A stretch of 64,000 nucleotides of DNA from Patescibacteria group bacterium (GTDB lineage Bacteria; Patescibacteriota; UBA1384; CAJBMM01): assembly GCA_041660565.1 (NCBI GenBank), contig JBAZWC010000002.1:85520-149519 (forward strand). The letters are read 5' to 3'. Position 1 is the stretch's first letter; each line of letters starts with the position of its first letter. Under the pieces are notes generated by a model, which was not told where the DNA came from, searched no databases, and saw only the letters and a list, made by a program, of their open reading frames with translations. Shown here one piece after another: positions 10,238-19,034 of the stretch. The position numbers and the translations under genes were made by a program.

Positions 10238-10336
10238 TCAGACCCTCCTTAGGTCTTTGATATAGTCTCGAATCTCCGCCACTAGGACGATAACCAACGC
10301 GGGCAGAAACTCGAACCACACTCCGAGAATCTTCAT
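10238..10336 (-). CDS. 32-aa hydrophobic micro-protein MKILGVWFEFLPALVIVLVAEIRDYIKDLRRV
   Basis: Manual translation; SD GAGGAGG; third gene of cassette 2. Confidence 0.55.
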   Translation of the reverse strand: MKILGVWFEFLPALVIVLVAEIRDYIKDLRRV

Positions 10337-10349
10337 CGTGCTGCCCTCC

Positions 10350-10439
10350 TCAATCCTGAGAAAGACTACCGCCGAAGTGGGTGATGATGACCCACATCCC
10401 GATCACCCACTCCAGGGCTGCACGGAGCACCGATATCAT
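10350..10439 (-). CDS. 29-aa hydrophobic micro-protein MISVLRAALEWVIGMWVIITHFGGSLSQD
   Basis: SD AAGGAGG; ATGA overlap with the stop of the upstream gene. Confidence 0.6.
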   Translation of the reverse strand: MISVLRAALEWVIGMWVIITHFGGSLSQD

Positions 10440-10939
10440 CTTGCCATCCTCCTTCTGACCTCTACCCTTCCCGGGTGACGAGGTCGCGGAGACATCCGAG
10501 CACGACCACCCTCGGTTGTGATCAGTCGGAGAGGGCGGTATTCCTGTCGTCGGCGGGCGCGCCTGACCTTGACGATCAGATACAGCCCCACCATGCCAAC
10601 CGCAACAGCGTAAAAGCGGTTGATGTTGAGCCAGTCGGTGATCTGTATTGTGCCCAGATCCTCGAAGGCTGTATTGTACAGCCAGATGGACGCCGGGCGA
10701 ATCGCCCATACCCACGCGGCCCAAAGCGAGCCGCAGCAGATGGCGATGATCCCACCCCAAACGGTGGAGTTAATCATCGCCCAGCGGTTGTCCGACAACC
10801 ACTGGCGGATCGAATCGCGGCAGATGTACGCCGACGCAATCGCCGAAGCGATTACCATCGCCGCGAGCCACATCACGGGGGAGTCTTGCCCCCACATCGC
10901 ACGATAAAACGCGTGCGACATGTTGTAATCGTCGTTCAT
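10436..10939 (-). CDS. GC-rich three-TM membrane ORFan with basic C-tail
   Basis: SD GGAGGAAGG; three hydrophobic segments. Confidence 0.7.
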   Translation of the reverse strand: MNDDYNMSHAFYRAMWGQDSPVMWLAAMVIASAIASAYICRDSIRQWLSDNRWAMINSTVWGGIIAICCGSLWAAWVWAIRPASIWLYNTAFEDLGTIQITDWLNINRFYAVAVGMVGLYLIVKVRRARRRQEYRPLRLITTEGGRARMSPRPRHPGRVEVRRRMAR

Positions 10940-10990
10940 GTCCGTTACCTTCCTCCCGCTTCATCGCGAGAAAAAATGAGACGAAACTGT

Positions 10991-11068
10991 GTTGTTCAAG
11001 AGCAATCTCAGCTACTTACAGCTCAGCATTATTACTTATATTATACACCCTACGTGTGTGTTTGTCAA
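10991..11068 (-). promoter_or_regulatory. consensus sigma70 promoter plus boxA-like motif (cassette 2)
   Basis: TTGACA-17-TATAAT, then TGCTCTTGAACAAC (10991-11004), which resembles rrn boxA TGCTCTTTAACAA. Confidence 0.75.
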
Positions 11069-11070
11069 CC

Positions 11071-13197
11071 CTAAACCTCTATCACTACCGGTACCACCAT
11101 CGGGCGGCGCTGGGTTTTAGTATACAGAAATTCGCCCAGTTTTTCCCGAATATCGTTTTTGAATAAGTTTGCATCTAGCGCACGAGTCTCGGTATGTCTG
11201 GAAAAGTGCTTTTTCACTTCGGCTCGGGCAGCATGCACCAAATCTTCATTTTCACGCATATAAATGAATCCACGTGAAATGATATCGGGCGATGTTACCA
11301 TCTTGCCGGTGTTGTGATCTAGCGTAACAATTACCACAAAGATACCGTCTTCGGCCATCACGCGACGATCACGCAACACAATATTACCCACGTCACCGAT
11401 ACCTAAACCATCTACCATTACGTAACCGGCAGGCACACGCTCTTCGCTAACTCGTCCCACACCGCCGGAGAACTCTAGTACCTGACCATTATCACAGATC
11501 AGTACGTTTTCGGCCGGAATGCCCAAACTTTGCCCCAGTTGCCCGTGCATCACCAATTTATGGCGTTCGCCATGAATTGGCACCAAATGTTTTGGTTGCA
11601 CTAGCGAGAGCATTAGTTTTAAGTCTTCTTGGTAGGCGTGGCCGGAACTATGGATGTCAATCATCTTGTTATAAATAACTTTAGCACCCTGTCTAAGCAG
11701 GTTATCCATGACAGATGAGATTGATTTCTCGTTACCCGGAATTGGTGATGTGGCAAGCACAATCGTATCACCTTTTTTGACCCGTACTTGACGATGTTCA
11801 CCGGTTGAAATACGGTACAATCCCGACATTTCTTCGCCCTGTGCGCCGGTTGAGATAATACAAATCTTGTCATCTGGGTATTTACCGATGTCTCTAATAT
11901 CAATCAGCGTATCCGCTGGCAATTTGATTGCGTCAATCGATAGCGCGGCGTCCACATTATCCACCATACTACGTCCAACCAGCGCTACTTTGCGTCCGGT
12001 TTTGGCCGAAGCGTTTAGCACTTGCTGAATACGTGAGATAAGCGAGGCAAACATTGCTACCATAATGCGCCCGTTGGTGTGATTTTCAAAAATATCTACC
12101 AAGTTTTTTTCGATTTCGCGTTCGGAAATTGAGTGACCTTGTTTATCAATGTTAGTCGATTCCGAAAACAACGCCAACGGCTGAGTAGCCGATAGTTGAG
12201 CGATACGACGCAAGTCGGTTGGTCGCCCGTCGGATGGAGTATGATCTAACTTCCAGTCGGTACAGTACATTAACATACCTTCTGGGGTAAAGACCGCTAG
12301 ACCCATTGCGTCTGGAATAGAGTGCGCCAAGCGGAATGATTCCACTTTGAACACGCCGAATTGCAACACGTCAACGCCAATTTGAATAACGTTAACCGCC
12401 ACTTTACCAACCAAACCAAACTCTTCCAGTCGTTTTTCCACTAGTTTTGCGGTTAGAGGTGAGGTAAATATCGGCGGATTACCCAGTTTGCCAATCAAAT
12501 AAGGCACGGCACCAATGTGATCCAAGTGACCGTGAGTAATTACTACGCCGCGAATTTTATCTTTGCGTTCTTCTAAGTACGAGACATCCGGGATGACATA
12601 GTCGATACCCAACATCGCCTCGTCTGGGAACATCAAACCCATATCAATAATCATGATGTCATTACCATATTCGATGGCGGTCATATTTTTACCGATTTCT
12701 TCCACACCACCCAACGGGATAACGCGCAATTTTGGTGTGGCGGTCTGGCTGGACATTGGCTGAGTTGGAACTGCAGCGTGTCCGCTATCGCCGTTATGAA
12801 TTAAAGCTTTACCGGTAAAGAAGTCATCGATGCTTTTTTTCTCACGTCGGTTACGCGTATTTCGACGGGCAGGACGACTGGTTCTGGTGTCATCAGCTTT
12901 ATGAGCCGGTGTTTGAGTTGGGCGGGTTGTAGTTGGACGTTGAATGTTAGTTCTTTCTGGAGCACGATACTCCGAAACCGGCTGCCGCGAAATTGCTGCA
13001 ACCATGTCTGTGGCTGGCTTTGGCATCTGGCCATTACCGCCTTTGGTTAAATTTGATAATACTGATTCCGCTGACGGAAATTTTGAGGCCGGTTTTTGGG
13101 CTTCCTCGGATTGGCGTTTGATTCTTTCGATATCAAATGCCGGCTGGCTACCTTGTGCAGCCATAGGTTGATTGTTGTTTGGTGTTTCTTCCACCAT
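11071..13197 (-). CDS. rnj: ribonuclease J with long disordered N-terminal extension
   Basis: PLGGVEEIGKNM, THGHLDHIG, HSSGHA and RRPMVVPVVIEV motifs. Confidence 0.96.
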   Translation of the reverse strand: MVEETPNNNQPMAAQGSQPAFDIERIKRQSEEAQKPASKFPSAESVLSNLTKGGNGQMPKPATDMVAAISRQPVSEYRAPERTNIQRPTTTRPTQTPAHKADDTRTSRPARRNTRNRREKKSIDDFFTGKALIHNGDSGHAAVPTQPMSSQTATPKLRVIPLGGVEEIGKNMTAIEYGNDIMIIDMGLMFPDEAMLGIDYVIPDVSYLEERKDKIRGVVITHGHLDHIGAVPYLIGKLGNPPIFTSPLTAKLVEKRLEEFGLVGKVAVNVIQIGVDVLQFGVFKVESFRLAHSIPDAMGLAVFTPEGMLMYCTDWKLDHTPSDGRPTDLRRIAQLSATQPLALFSESTNIDKQGHSISEREIEKNLVDIFENHTNGRIMVAMFASLISRIQQVLNASAKTGRKVALVGRSMVDNVDAALSIDAIKLPADTLIDIRDIGKYPDDKICIISTGAQGEEMSGLYRISTGEHRQVRVKKGDTIVLATSPIPGNEKSISSVMDNLLRQGAKVIYNKMIDIHSSGHAYQEDLKLMLSLVQPKHLVPIHGERHKLVMHGQLGQSLGIPAENVLICDNGQVLEFSGGVGRVSEERVPAGYVMVDGLGIGDVGNIVLRDRRVMAEDGIFVVIVTLDHNTGKMVTSPDIISRGFIYMRENEDLVHAARAEVKKHFSRHTETRALDANLFKNDIREKLGEFLYTKTQRRPMVVPVVIEV

Positions 13198-13238
13198 GTT
13201 CCTTTCTGTATTGAAACAAATAGTTCGTTTCAAAATTG

Positions 13239-13826
13239 TTATTTTTTGTCGATTAATTGATCGATTTTTTTAATTATTGCTGGGATGCGGCCAAAATCGT
13301 CCATTAGCGTCTGGCGCAAACCACCGTTATGCAGCGCCGCAGCCGGATGATAAAGGGGTAAAATGTATAAATCGCCACGATGCTTGGGTTGGCCATGAAC
13401 TTCGGATATCTTAAAACCGGGTAAAAAATAGTTCATTGAATGCCTGCCTAAACAGACGATTAACTTTGGATTGATAAATTTGATTTGTGCTTCTAAATAG
13501 GGCAAACATGCCGCTTTTTCTTCGTCTTCCGGATCACGATTTTCCGGTGGACGGCATTTGACAATGTTGGTAATAAAAACTTGGGTGCGATCTAAATTGA
13601 TACTGTTAAGCATTTCGTCTAAAAATTTGCCGGCGTTTCCCACAAACGGACGCCCCAACTTGTCTTCGTTAAATCCCGGGCCTTCGCCCACAAACAGAAT
13701 TTCTGATTGAGGATTTCCTTCACCCGGAACCGAATTTAATCGAGTGCGATGCAAGGGGCAACGCTCACAGACGCGGACTTGATTTGCCACATCGGACAGA
13801 TCATTAAACCCTAGTACATCGGGCAC
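13239..13826 (-). CDS. uracil-DNA glycosylase family 4
   Basis: CERCPL, GEGPG, KCRPPENRDP and YHPAAALH motifs. Confidence 0.93.
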   Translation of the reverse strand: MPDVLGFNDLSDVANQVRVCERCPLHRTRLNSVPGEGNPQSEILFVGEGPGFNEDKLGRPFVGNAGKFLDEMLNSINLDRTQVFITNIVKCRPPENRDPEDEEKAACLPYLEAQIKFINPKLIVCLGRHSMNYFLPGFKISEVHGQPKHRGDLYILPLYHPAAALHNGGLRQTLMDDFGRIPAIIKKIDQLIDKK

Positions 13827-13929
13827 AAGACTCCTTGAAATAGGTTAGTTGATGAAAAACATATTTTTAGTACAAAATATTTACGTTCTAAGTGTAGCAC
13901 ATAGGATTAATATTGTCAATAGCAAAGTG

Positions 13930-13990
13930 TTGCGTCAGAATCGAAAAAGTGATATAACATAGTTAGCTACATCATCCCGATGGAGGAGAA
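13930..13990 (+). promoter_or_regulatory. promoter and SD of the LuxR cassette
   Basis: TTGCGT-17-TATAAC; SD GGAGGAG. Confidence 0.55.
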
Positions 13991-13995
13991 ACGCG

Positions 13996-14268
13996 ATGAC
14001 GGATCAGGTAATTCATCACGCTGTAACGCCCTCAGAAGAGGAGCCGATCACGCTGACCAAGCGCGAGACCGAGATCCTTACGCTGGTAATCGAGGGCCGG
14101 TCAAGCCAGGAAGTAGCCGACATGCTGTACGTCTCCAAGCGGACAATCGACTTCCACTTGGCGAACATCTACGAAAAGTTGCAGGTGAGCAACCGCGTGC
14201 AGGCCTTCCGGCGAGCAGCTCGCCTAGGCTTGATCCCGTTCGACCCGCACTTCGGAGAATCCGAGTGA
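13996..14268 (+). CDS. stand-alone LuxR/GerE-type HTH regulator (GC-rich)
   Basis: LTKRETEILTLVIEGRSSQEVADMLYVSKRTIDFHLANIYEKLQVSNRVQA. Confidence 0.92.
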   Translation: MTDQVIHHAVTPSEEEPITLTKRETEILTLVIEGRSSQEVADMLYVSKRTIDFHLANIYEKLQVSNRVQAFRRAARLGLIPFDPHFGESE

Positions 14269-14286
14269 CGACCCAGCCCAGTTTAC

Positions 14287-14326
14287 GCGCCCGCGACAAA
14301 CCACCGTCATCGGGCGCCTTCTTTTT
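14287..14326 (+). terminator. terminator after luxR
   Basis: GCGCCCG...CGGGCGC stem followed by CTTCTTTTT. Confidence 0.65.
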
Positions 14327-14401
14327 GCAGACACTTGACCCCGTCAGAGGTAATCGTCTCTAACGGGGTTGACATTACTCACCTAATCGCGTATTATAAT
14401 G

Positions 14402-14682
14402 GATGTGCGAGGAATGGAGCACGCGCACAGTCGCACTGTTCGAGTTGCCACCCCGCTTAGCGGGGTAATCGGGACGTCAGCGGGACGCCCAGCGTCCTTA
14501 GCGTTCCACCATTTCGCCTACCTCGTCGGCCGGGGGGGAGAGGCAGGCGAAACGCCGGGTTGACGCGGGACTGTTTGGTACCCCCTTCCGGTCCCGCTCC
14601 CCGTCGCAATCATACCGCTCCTTTTCGGGAGCGAACGTCTCACCCGGGTGCCAACAGTGTTGTTGGTGCCCGGTTTTCTTTT
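14402..14682 (+). ncRNA. candidate orphan structured RNA (about 280 nt)
   Basis: TTGACA(14369)-17-TATTAT promoter, a series of strong GC stems, and a U-tailed terminator; no SD-led ORF. Confidence 0.55.
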
Positions 14683-14710
14683 ATCTAAAATTCCAATTTA
14701 TCCAATTTGC

Positions 14711-15643
14711 CTAATTAAGCCAATTTGAACTGTTTTTTATCACTCCGGCCGTCGTAACAGTACCACTTTTTATTCTGACCAAAATGTATTTCAACGCTAG
14801 CCAAAACCCCCAAAACTGCTCCCACCGCCGATGGACTAAAGCGTTAACTACGTGAAACGGCATCCAAAATAAATGCACCAGCAACATGGGCAAGTTGTCT
14901 ATCGCCCGCCAGGTAAAAAGATACGCACCCTTCCAGCCATGGGCTTTTTTTATTAATGGCGTTGCCACCATCGAAGTAGTTGATTCATGATGGTGAATAC
15001 AGCGGCTTTTTGGCACAAATATCGATTTCCAACCTTTTTTCCAAGCCCGAAAACACAAATCGGCATCTTCCCAATAAAACGGCCGAAAAATTGGTGAAAA
15101 TCCACCTAAATCTAAAAACTTTTGCCGATTAAAAGCGCCGGCGCCACCACTAACGTAGAAAGTGTTTATCGGATCGCTAAATTTACGGTCAGGATACATC
15201 TCAAACACCGGCCGATGGCGCAACAAGCCCCGTTTCCACTCTGCCACCGTTCCCCCATCGTCGTATTCATGATCACCAGCAACGACACGCTGATACGCGC
15301 CAACCGCAAAAACTTTGTCATCCTCTAATTCTTTATATAACGGACTGAAAAAATCACCCTCGGTTTGAATATCGGTATTCAGCAACACCACAATGTCTGT
15401 TTTGGTCATTTTCACCGCGCGGTTATAACCATCGCCAAAGCCGTAATTCTGATCAAATGGCACCCATTTGGCGATTTTATGATCTTTAACCACCTGCGCA
15501 CTGTTATCTTTTGAGCCGTTATCAACCACAATCACTTCAGTTGAAATGCTCGCCAGACTAGCCGATTTTATCACCGACGCCAAATTCCGGCGCAGCAACC
15601 CCTCGCCATTGTAGTTTAAAATAATTACAGAAGCAGTTTTTAT
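14711..15643 (-). CDS. glycosyltransferase family 2
   Basis: KTASVIILNYNG...VVDNGS...LLNTD...YWEDADLC motifs; the apparent start codon is ATA at 15643. Confidence 0.9.
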   Translation of the reverse strand: MKTASVIILNYNGEGLLRRNLASVIKSASLASISTEVIVVDNGSKDNSAQVVKDHKIAKWVPFDQNYGFGDGYNRAVKMTKTDIVVLLNTDIQTEGDFFSPLYKELEDDKVFAVGAYQRVVAGDHEYDDGGTVAEWKRGLLRHRPVFEMYPDRKFSDPINTFYVSGGAGAFNRQKFLDLGGFSPIFRPFYWEDADLCFRAWKKGWKSIFVPKSRCIHHHESTTSMVATPLIKKAHGWKGAYLFTWRAIDNLPMLLVHLFWMPFHVVNALVHRRWEQFWGFWLALKYILVRIKSGTVTTAGVIKNSSNWLN

Positions 15644-15746
15644 ATCGTTTCTTTCTGCACTCAGATTACCAAAATCTGATCCGTTATGATAGGTTGGACT
15701 AGCCCTGAGGCGATATTTGTTGTATAACTAGACCAGGAGATAACAA

Positions 15747-16820
15747 ATGTCACTAAATATTGGGATTGTTGGACTGCCAAACGTGGGAAAATCGACGTTG
15801 TTTAATGCGCTGACCAAATCCGGCCAAGCCGCGGCAGAGAACTACCCATTTTGCACCATCGAGCCAAACGTGGGCATTGTGCCGGTGCCAGATGATCGCC
15901 TGCAAAAACTGGCAGATGTAGTTAAAACCAACAAACTAATCCCCGCCACCGTGCAATTTGTCGATATTGCCGGGCTGGTGGCCGGCGCGCACAAGGGTGA
16001 GGGTTTGGGCAATCAGTTTTTAGCCCACATTCGCGAAACCGATGCTATCGCCATGGTGGTGCGCTGTTTTACCGATGAAAATGTGATCCACGTGACGGGC
16101 ACTGTTGACCCCAAATCTGACATCGAAACCATCAAACTAGAACTAATCTTAGCCGACCTGCAAACGGTGACAAAAATGCGCGGCGTGGCAGAAACCAAAG
16201 CCAAAGGCCACGACAAAGAGGCAATGGTTCTGTTTACCGCGTTAAATAAAGTTGAACACACCTTAAATCAAGAACAACTTGCGAGCCTTGCCGATCTTGG
16301 CGATGACGAGCGAAGCGCTATCAATTCGATTCAATTATTAACCAACAAACCGTTTCTTTACATTGGCAATGTTAGCGAAGCAGATGTGAACAAAGATCCG
16401 AGTGATTTTGGCCTACCAAGTGACGCAATTTTGATCTCGGCCAAAGTGGAATCGGAGTTAGTATCGCTTACTGACAGCGAACAAGCGGAATACCTAGCTG
16501 CACTTGGACTAAATGAATCTGGTTTAACCCGATTAATCCATCGCGCCTACAAAACTTTGGGCTTGCAATACTTTTTCACCGCTGGGCCAAAGGAAGTGCG
16601 GGCATGGACTATTCACCAAGGCTCAACCGCGCCAATTGCCGCCGGCGTTATTCATACCGATTTTATTAAAGGATTTATTCGCGCCGAAGTAATGTCTTAT
16701 GATGATTTAATTACTCTGGGATCTGAACTAAAAGTAAAAGAAGCCGGCAAATTGCGCATTGAGGGCAAGGATTACGTGATGCGCGAAGGCGACGTGGTAC
16801 ATTTTAGGGTAACGAGCTAG
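15747..16820 (+). CDS. ychF: redox-regulated ATPase YchF
   Basis: GIVGLPNVGKSTLFNALT, NYPFCTIEPN and DIAGLV motifs. Confidence 0.98.
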   Translation: MSLNIGIVGLPNVGKSTLFNALTKSGQAAAENYPFCTIEPNVGIVPVPDDRLQKLADVVKTNKLIPATVQFVDIAGLVAGAHKGEGLGNQFLAHIRETDAIAMVVRCFTDENVIHVTGTVDPKSDIETIKLELILADLQTVTKMRGVAETKAKGHDKEAMVLFTALNKVEHTLNQEQLASLADLGDDERSAINSIQLLTNKPFLYIGNVSEADVNKDPSDFGLPSDAILISAKVESELVSLTDSEQAEYLAALGLNESGLTRLIHRAYKTLGLQYFFTAGPKEVRAWTIHQGSTAPIAAGVIHTDFIKGFIRAEVMSYDDLITLGSELKVKEAGKLRIEGKDYVMREGDVVHFRVTS

Positions 16821-16827
16821 TATTTAT

Positions 16828-16908
16828 TGTCATTCCGGATTTAATCCGGAATCTATATAATTAAATTCTTTTTATAGCATGAACTCCGGGTCATGCCCTT
16901 AAGTGACA
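16828..16908 (+). repeat. REP-like palindrome, copy 3, with decayed partner half
   Basis: TGTCATTCCGGATTTAATCCGGAATCTATATAA ... TCCGGGTCATGCCCTTAAGTGACA. Confidence 0.8.
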
Positions 16909-16919
16909 GCTGCTGACGT

Positions 16920-16994
16920 TTGACATATCAAATAATAAGCGTAAAGTAGTTTTTAATGCCTCAATCGCTCGAATGAGGAGCACTTTTCACATAC
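16920..16994 (+). promoter_or_regulatory. promoter, hairpin and boxA-like motif (Clp-N cassette)
   Basis: TTGACA-16-TAAAGT; CCTCA...TGAGG hairpin; GCACTTTTCACATAC. Confidence 0.55.
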
Positions 16995-17026
16995 ATGTCG
17001 GCTCGGTAGGCCAAAAGGAGGCCAGC

Positions 17027-17254
17027 GTGGCGATACAGGAAGACGGAATCCCCAACGACCAAGACTGTATCCCCGCACCCGGGGAGAAAGCCGTGCGTCT
17101 GCTACTCGAGGACAATGCCAACCTACGCAGGGTGAACGAGGAGTTACGCGCGGCCAATGCAGACCTTCGCAGCAAGCTGATGGCAGCAACAGGACGGATT
17201 ACTGCCCTGACGCGCCGGACAGATGTTCAACCCGCCACCCCAACGCGCACGTGA
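17027..17254 (+). CDS. small coiled-coil protein
   Basis: SD AAGGAGG before GTG 17027; LLLEDNANLRRVNEELRAANADLRSKL. Confidence 0.7.
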   Translation: MAIQEDGIPNDQDCIPAPGEKAVRLLLEDNANLRRVNEELRAANADLRSKLMAATGRITALTRRTDVQPATPTRT

Positions 17255-17266
17255 AGGAGAGAACGC

Positions 17267-18004
17267 ATGTGCCCACCGCATTCCGTTGAGGAAGCGTCGA
17301 CTGACCCATACGACACAATCGACCTTCTTGAACAAGACATCGAGAGTCGCGACCGAACCATTGCTGATCTGCGCCGAGAGAACGCCCAGCTGTTGACCCG
17401 CGTCAACGAGCTTGGTCAGCAGAAAGCCACAGCTGAGACGCTAGCTGAGGATCTCCAGCGAGACATAGCGCTGTTGCGCCGTGAGATCCAGCGCTTGCAA
17501 TGTCAGGACACAACCACGCAGCCTGAAGATGCACCGCCAGCAACGCCATGGTTTGCGAACATCAGTTTCAGCACGAACGCATGGGAAGTGCTTGCCGTGC
17601 GTGCACCGGCGGTTGCCCGCGAGTTCAGCGAGAACTACGTCTCCACAGAGCATCTGTTGCTCGCGATACTCCGAGTTCCCGATTGTACTGCGGCGAAGTT
17701 TCTGGACTATCGCGGTGTCACCGAGCGCATCATTGCCGAGGTAAACCGGCAAGCGATGCGGGGAGATGATCGAACAACGGCTGAACCGCAACTAACCCCG
17801 CGCTGCAAGCGATGTGTCGAATTAGCGATCAACGAAGCTGCGGGCGACACTTTCGGCACCGGATACATGCTGCTCGGTTTGATCCAAGACGGTGAAGGTC
17901 TGGCGGCTCGTGTCTTGACCAAGATCTGCGGCGTGACACTCGAATCGGCTCGACGGGAGCTTCAAGCGCTGCGCCAACCCAATCCCACCCCAACGCCTGC
18001 GTAA
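17267..18004 (+). CDS. coiled-coil plus Clp N-terminal (double Clp-N repeat) protein lacking AAA+ domains
   Basis: ENYVSTEHLLLAIL ... QLTPRCKRCVELA ... GTGYMLLGLIQDGEGLAARVL. Confidence 0.85.
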   Translation: MCPPHSVEEASTDPYDTIDLLEQDIESRDRTIADLRRENAQLLTRVNELGQQKATAETLAEDLQRDIALLRREIQRLQCQDTTTQPEDAPPATPWFANISFSTNAWEVLAVRAPAVAREFSENYVSTEHLLLAILRVPDCTAAKFLDYRGVTERIIAEVNRQAMRGDDRTTAEPQLTPRCKRCVELAINEAAGDTFGTGYMLLGLIQDGEGLAARVLTKICGVTLESARRELQALRQPNPTPTPA

Positions 18005-18017
18005 AGGAAAGAGCGCC

Positions 18018-18326
18018 ATGCCGACAGACGATAGCCCCGAAGCGAGGATCGAGAGTCAGCGAACGTACATCCAGCAACTCGAGAGAGAGAAGGCTCAGCT
18101 GTCGCAAGAGCTCGCCGACGTCAGGCAGGAGATCCAGACCACCAGGAACTCGCTGCGGGAAGCACAGGAAACGCTGGCGGGGGTCGCGCCGGAAAAGCTC
18201 GAGCTTCTCGGACAGCTGCGAACCGAGCAGACGCGAAACCGCCAACTGGAGGACCGATTGGGTCTGCTCCGGTCGGTTAGCGACCAACTTTCCGCCCTAT
18301 CCGCGGAATACCCTCCGATCGAGTAG
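18018..18326 (+). CDS. coiled-coil protein
   Basis: SD AAGGA; nearly continuous heptads. Confidence 0.7.
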   Translation: MPTDDSPEARIESQRTYIQQLEREKAQLSQELADVRQEIQTTRNSLREAQETLAGVAPEKLELLGQLRTEQTRNRQLEDRLGLLRSVSDQLSALSAEYPPIE

Positions 18327-18333
18327 CCCACTT

Positions 18334-18371
18334 GCCCCCATCCGCTTGCGGACATGGGGGCTTGCTTTTTT
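18334..18371 (+). terminator. terminator of the Clp-N cassette
   Basis: GCCCCCAT...ATGGGGGC stem followed by a T-run. Confidence 0.7.
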
Positions 18372-18478
18372 GAAAAATATCTGTTAAATTAATAGTAATA
18401 TAAACCAACTTTTTCCCGCGGCTAATTTGCCTCGGGTCGGGAATGAAAAAATATCCCGAACCACAGAAAGGACATTAC

Positions 18479-19012
18479 GTGAAAACGTACGAAATTACCT
18501 ATATCGTTTCAGACACCGTTGCCGAAGACAAAGTTAGCAACGAAATGGCCGAAGTCTCTAAAGAGCTCGAACGCCTTGGTGGCGTCATTGTTAAAGAAGA
18601 ACCATGGGGCAAAAGACGTTTGGCATATCCAATTAAGCGAAGCCAGTTTGGTTATTATGTTACCTTGCAAAGTCATATAGAGAATAGCAAGGTTAAAGAA
18701 TTAGATCGATTTTTCAGACTTCACAGCACCATTTTGCGCCATCTAATTTTAGCCTCAATTCCGGAACCGGTTAAAGCAGCCGATGAGACCGAATTGGTTG
18801 AGTCGATTGAGAAACGGGTTGAAGCATCCAAAGAGGCCGCCAGCGAAATCGTTGCCACCGAAACCAAAACCGCTTCGAGTGAGGAAGAGAAGCCAAAAAC
18901 CACTCGCGTTAAAAAATCAGTCAAATCCAATGAATCAGAGAAAAAAGCTGAAAATGATGATGAGCGCCGCAAGCAGGTTGAAGAAAAATTAAGTGAGATA
19001 TTAAAAGACTAA
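18479..19012 (+). CDS. rpsF: 30S ribosomal protein S6 with charged C-terminal extension
   Basis: YEITYI...WGKRRLAYPIK; rpsF-ssb-rpsR synteny; GTG after AGAAAGGA. Confidence 0.93.
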   Translation: MKTYEITYIVSDTVAEDKVSNEMAEVSKELERLGGVIVKEEPWGKRRLAYPIKRSQFGYYVTLQSHIENSKVKELDRFFRLHSTILRHLILASIPEPVKAADETELVESIEKRVEASKEAASEIVATETKTASSEEEKPKTTRVKKSVKSNESEKKAENDDERRKQVEEKLSEILKD

Positions 19013-19034
19013 TAAATCTCTTAAAGGAGAAAAT

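Noticed and set aside
10475-11074. 199-aa plus-strand ORF and similar antisense ORFs (e.g. 42363-42986, 60355-60870, 13980-14363, 28058-28564)
   Set aside because: They are shadow frames of better-supported genes that have SDs, promoters and recognisable motifs.
14402-14682. tmRNA, RNase P, SRP or tRNA identity for the structured RNA (it contains GTTCGA and TCCACCA)
   Set aside because: These motifs are not arranged as a T-arm and acceptor stem, and there is no GAGGAAAGTCC or SRP GGAA-loop motif.
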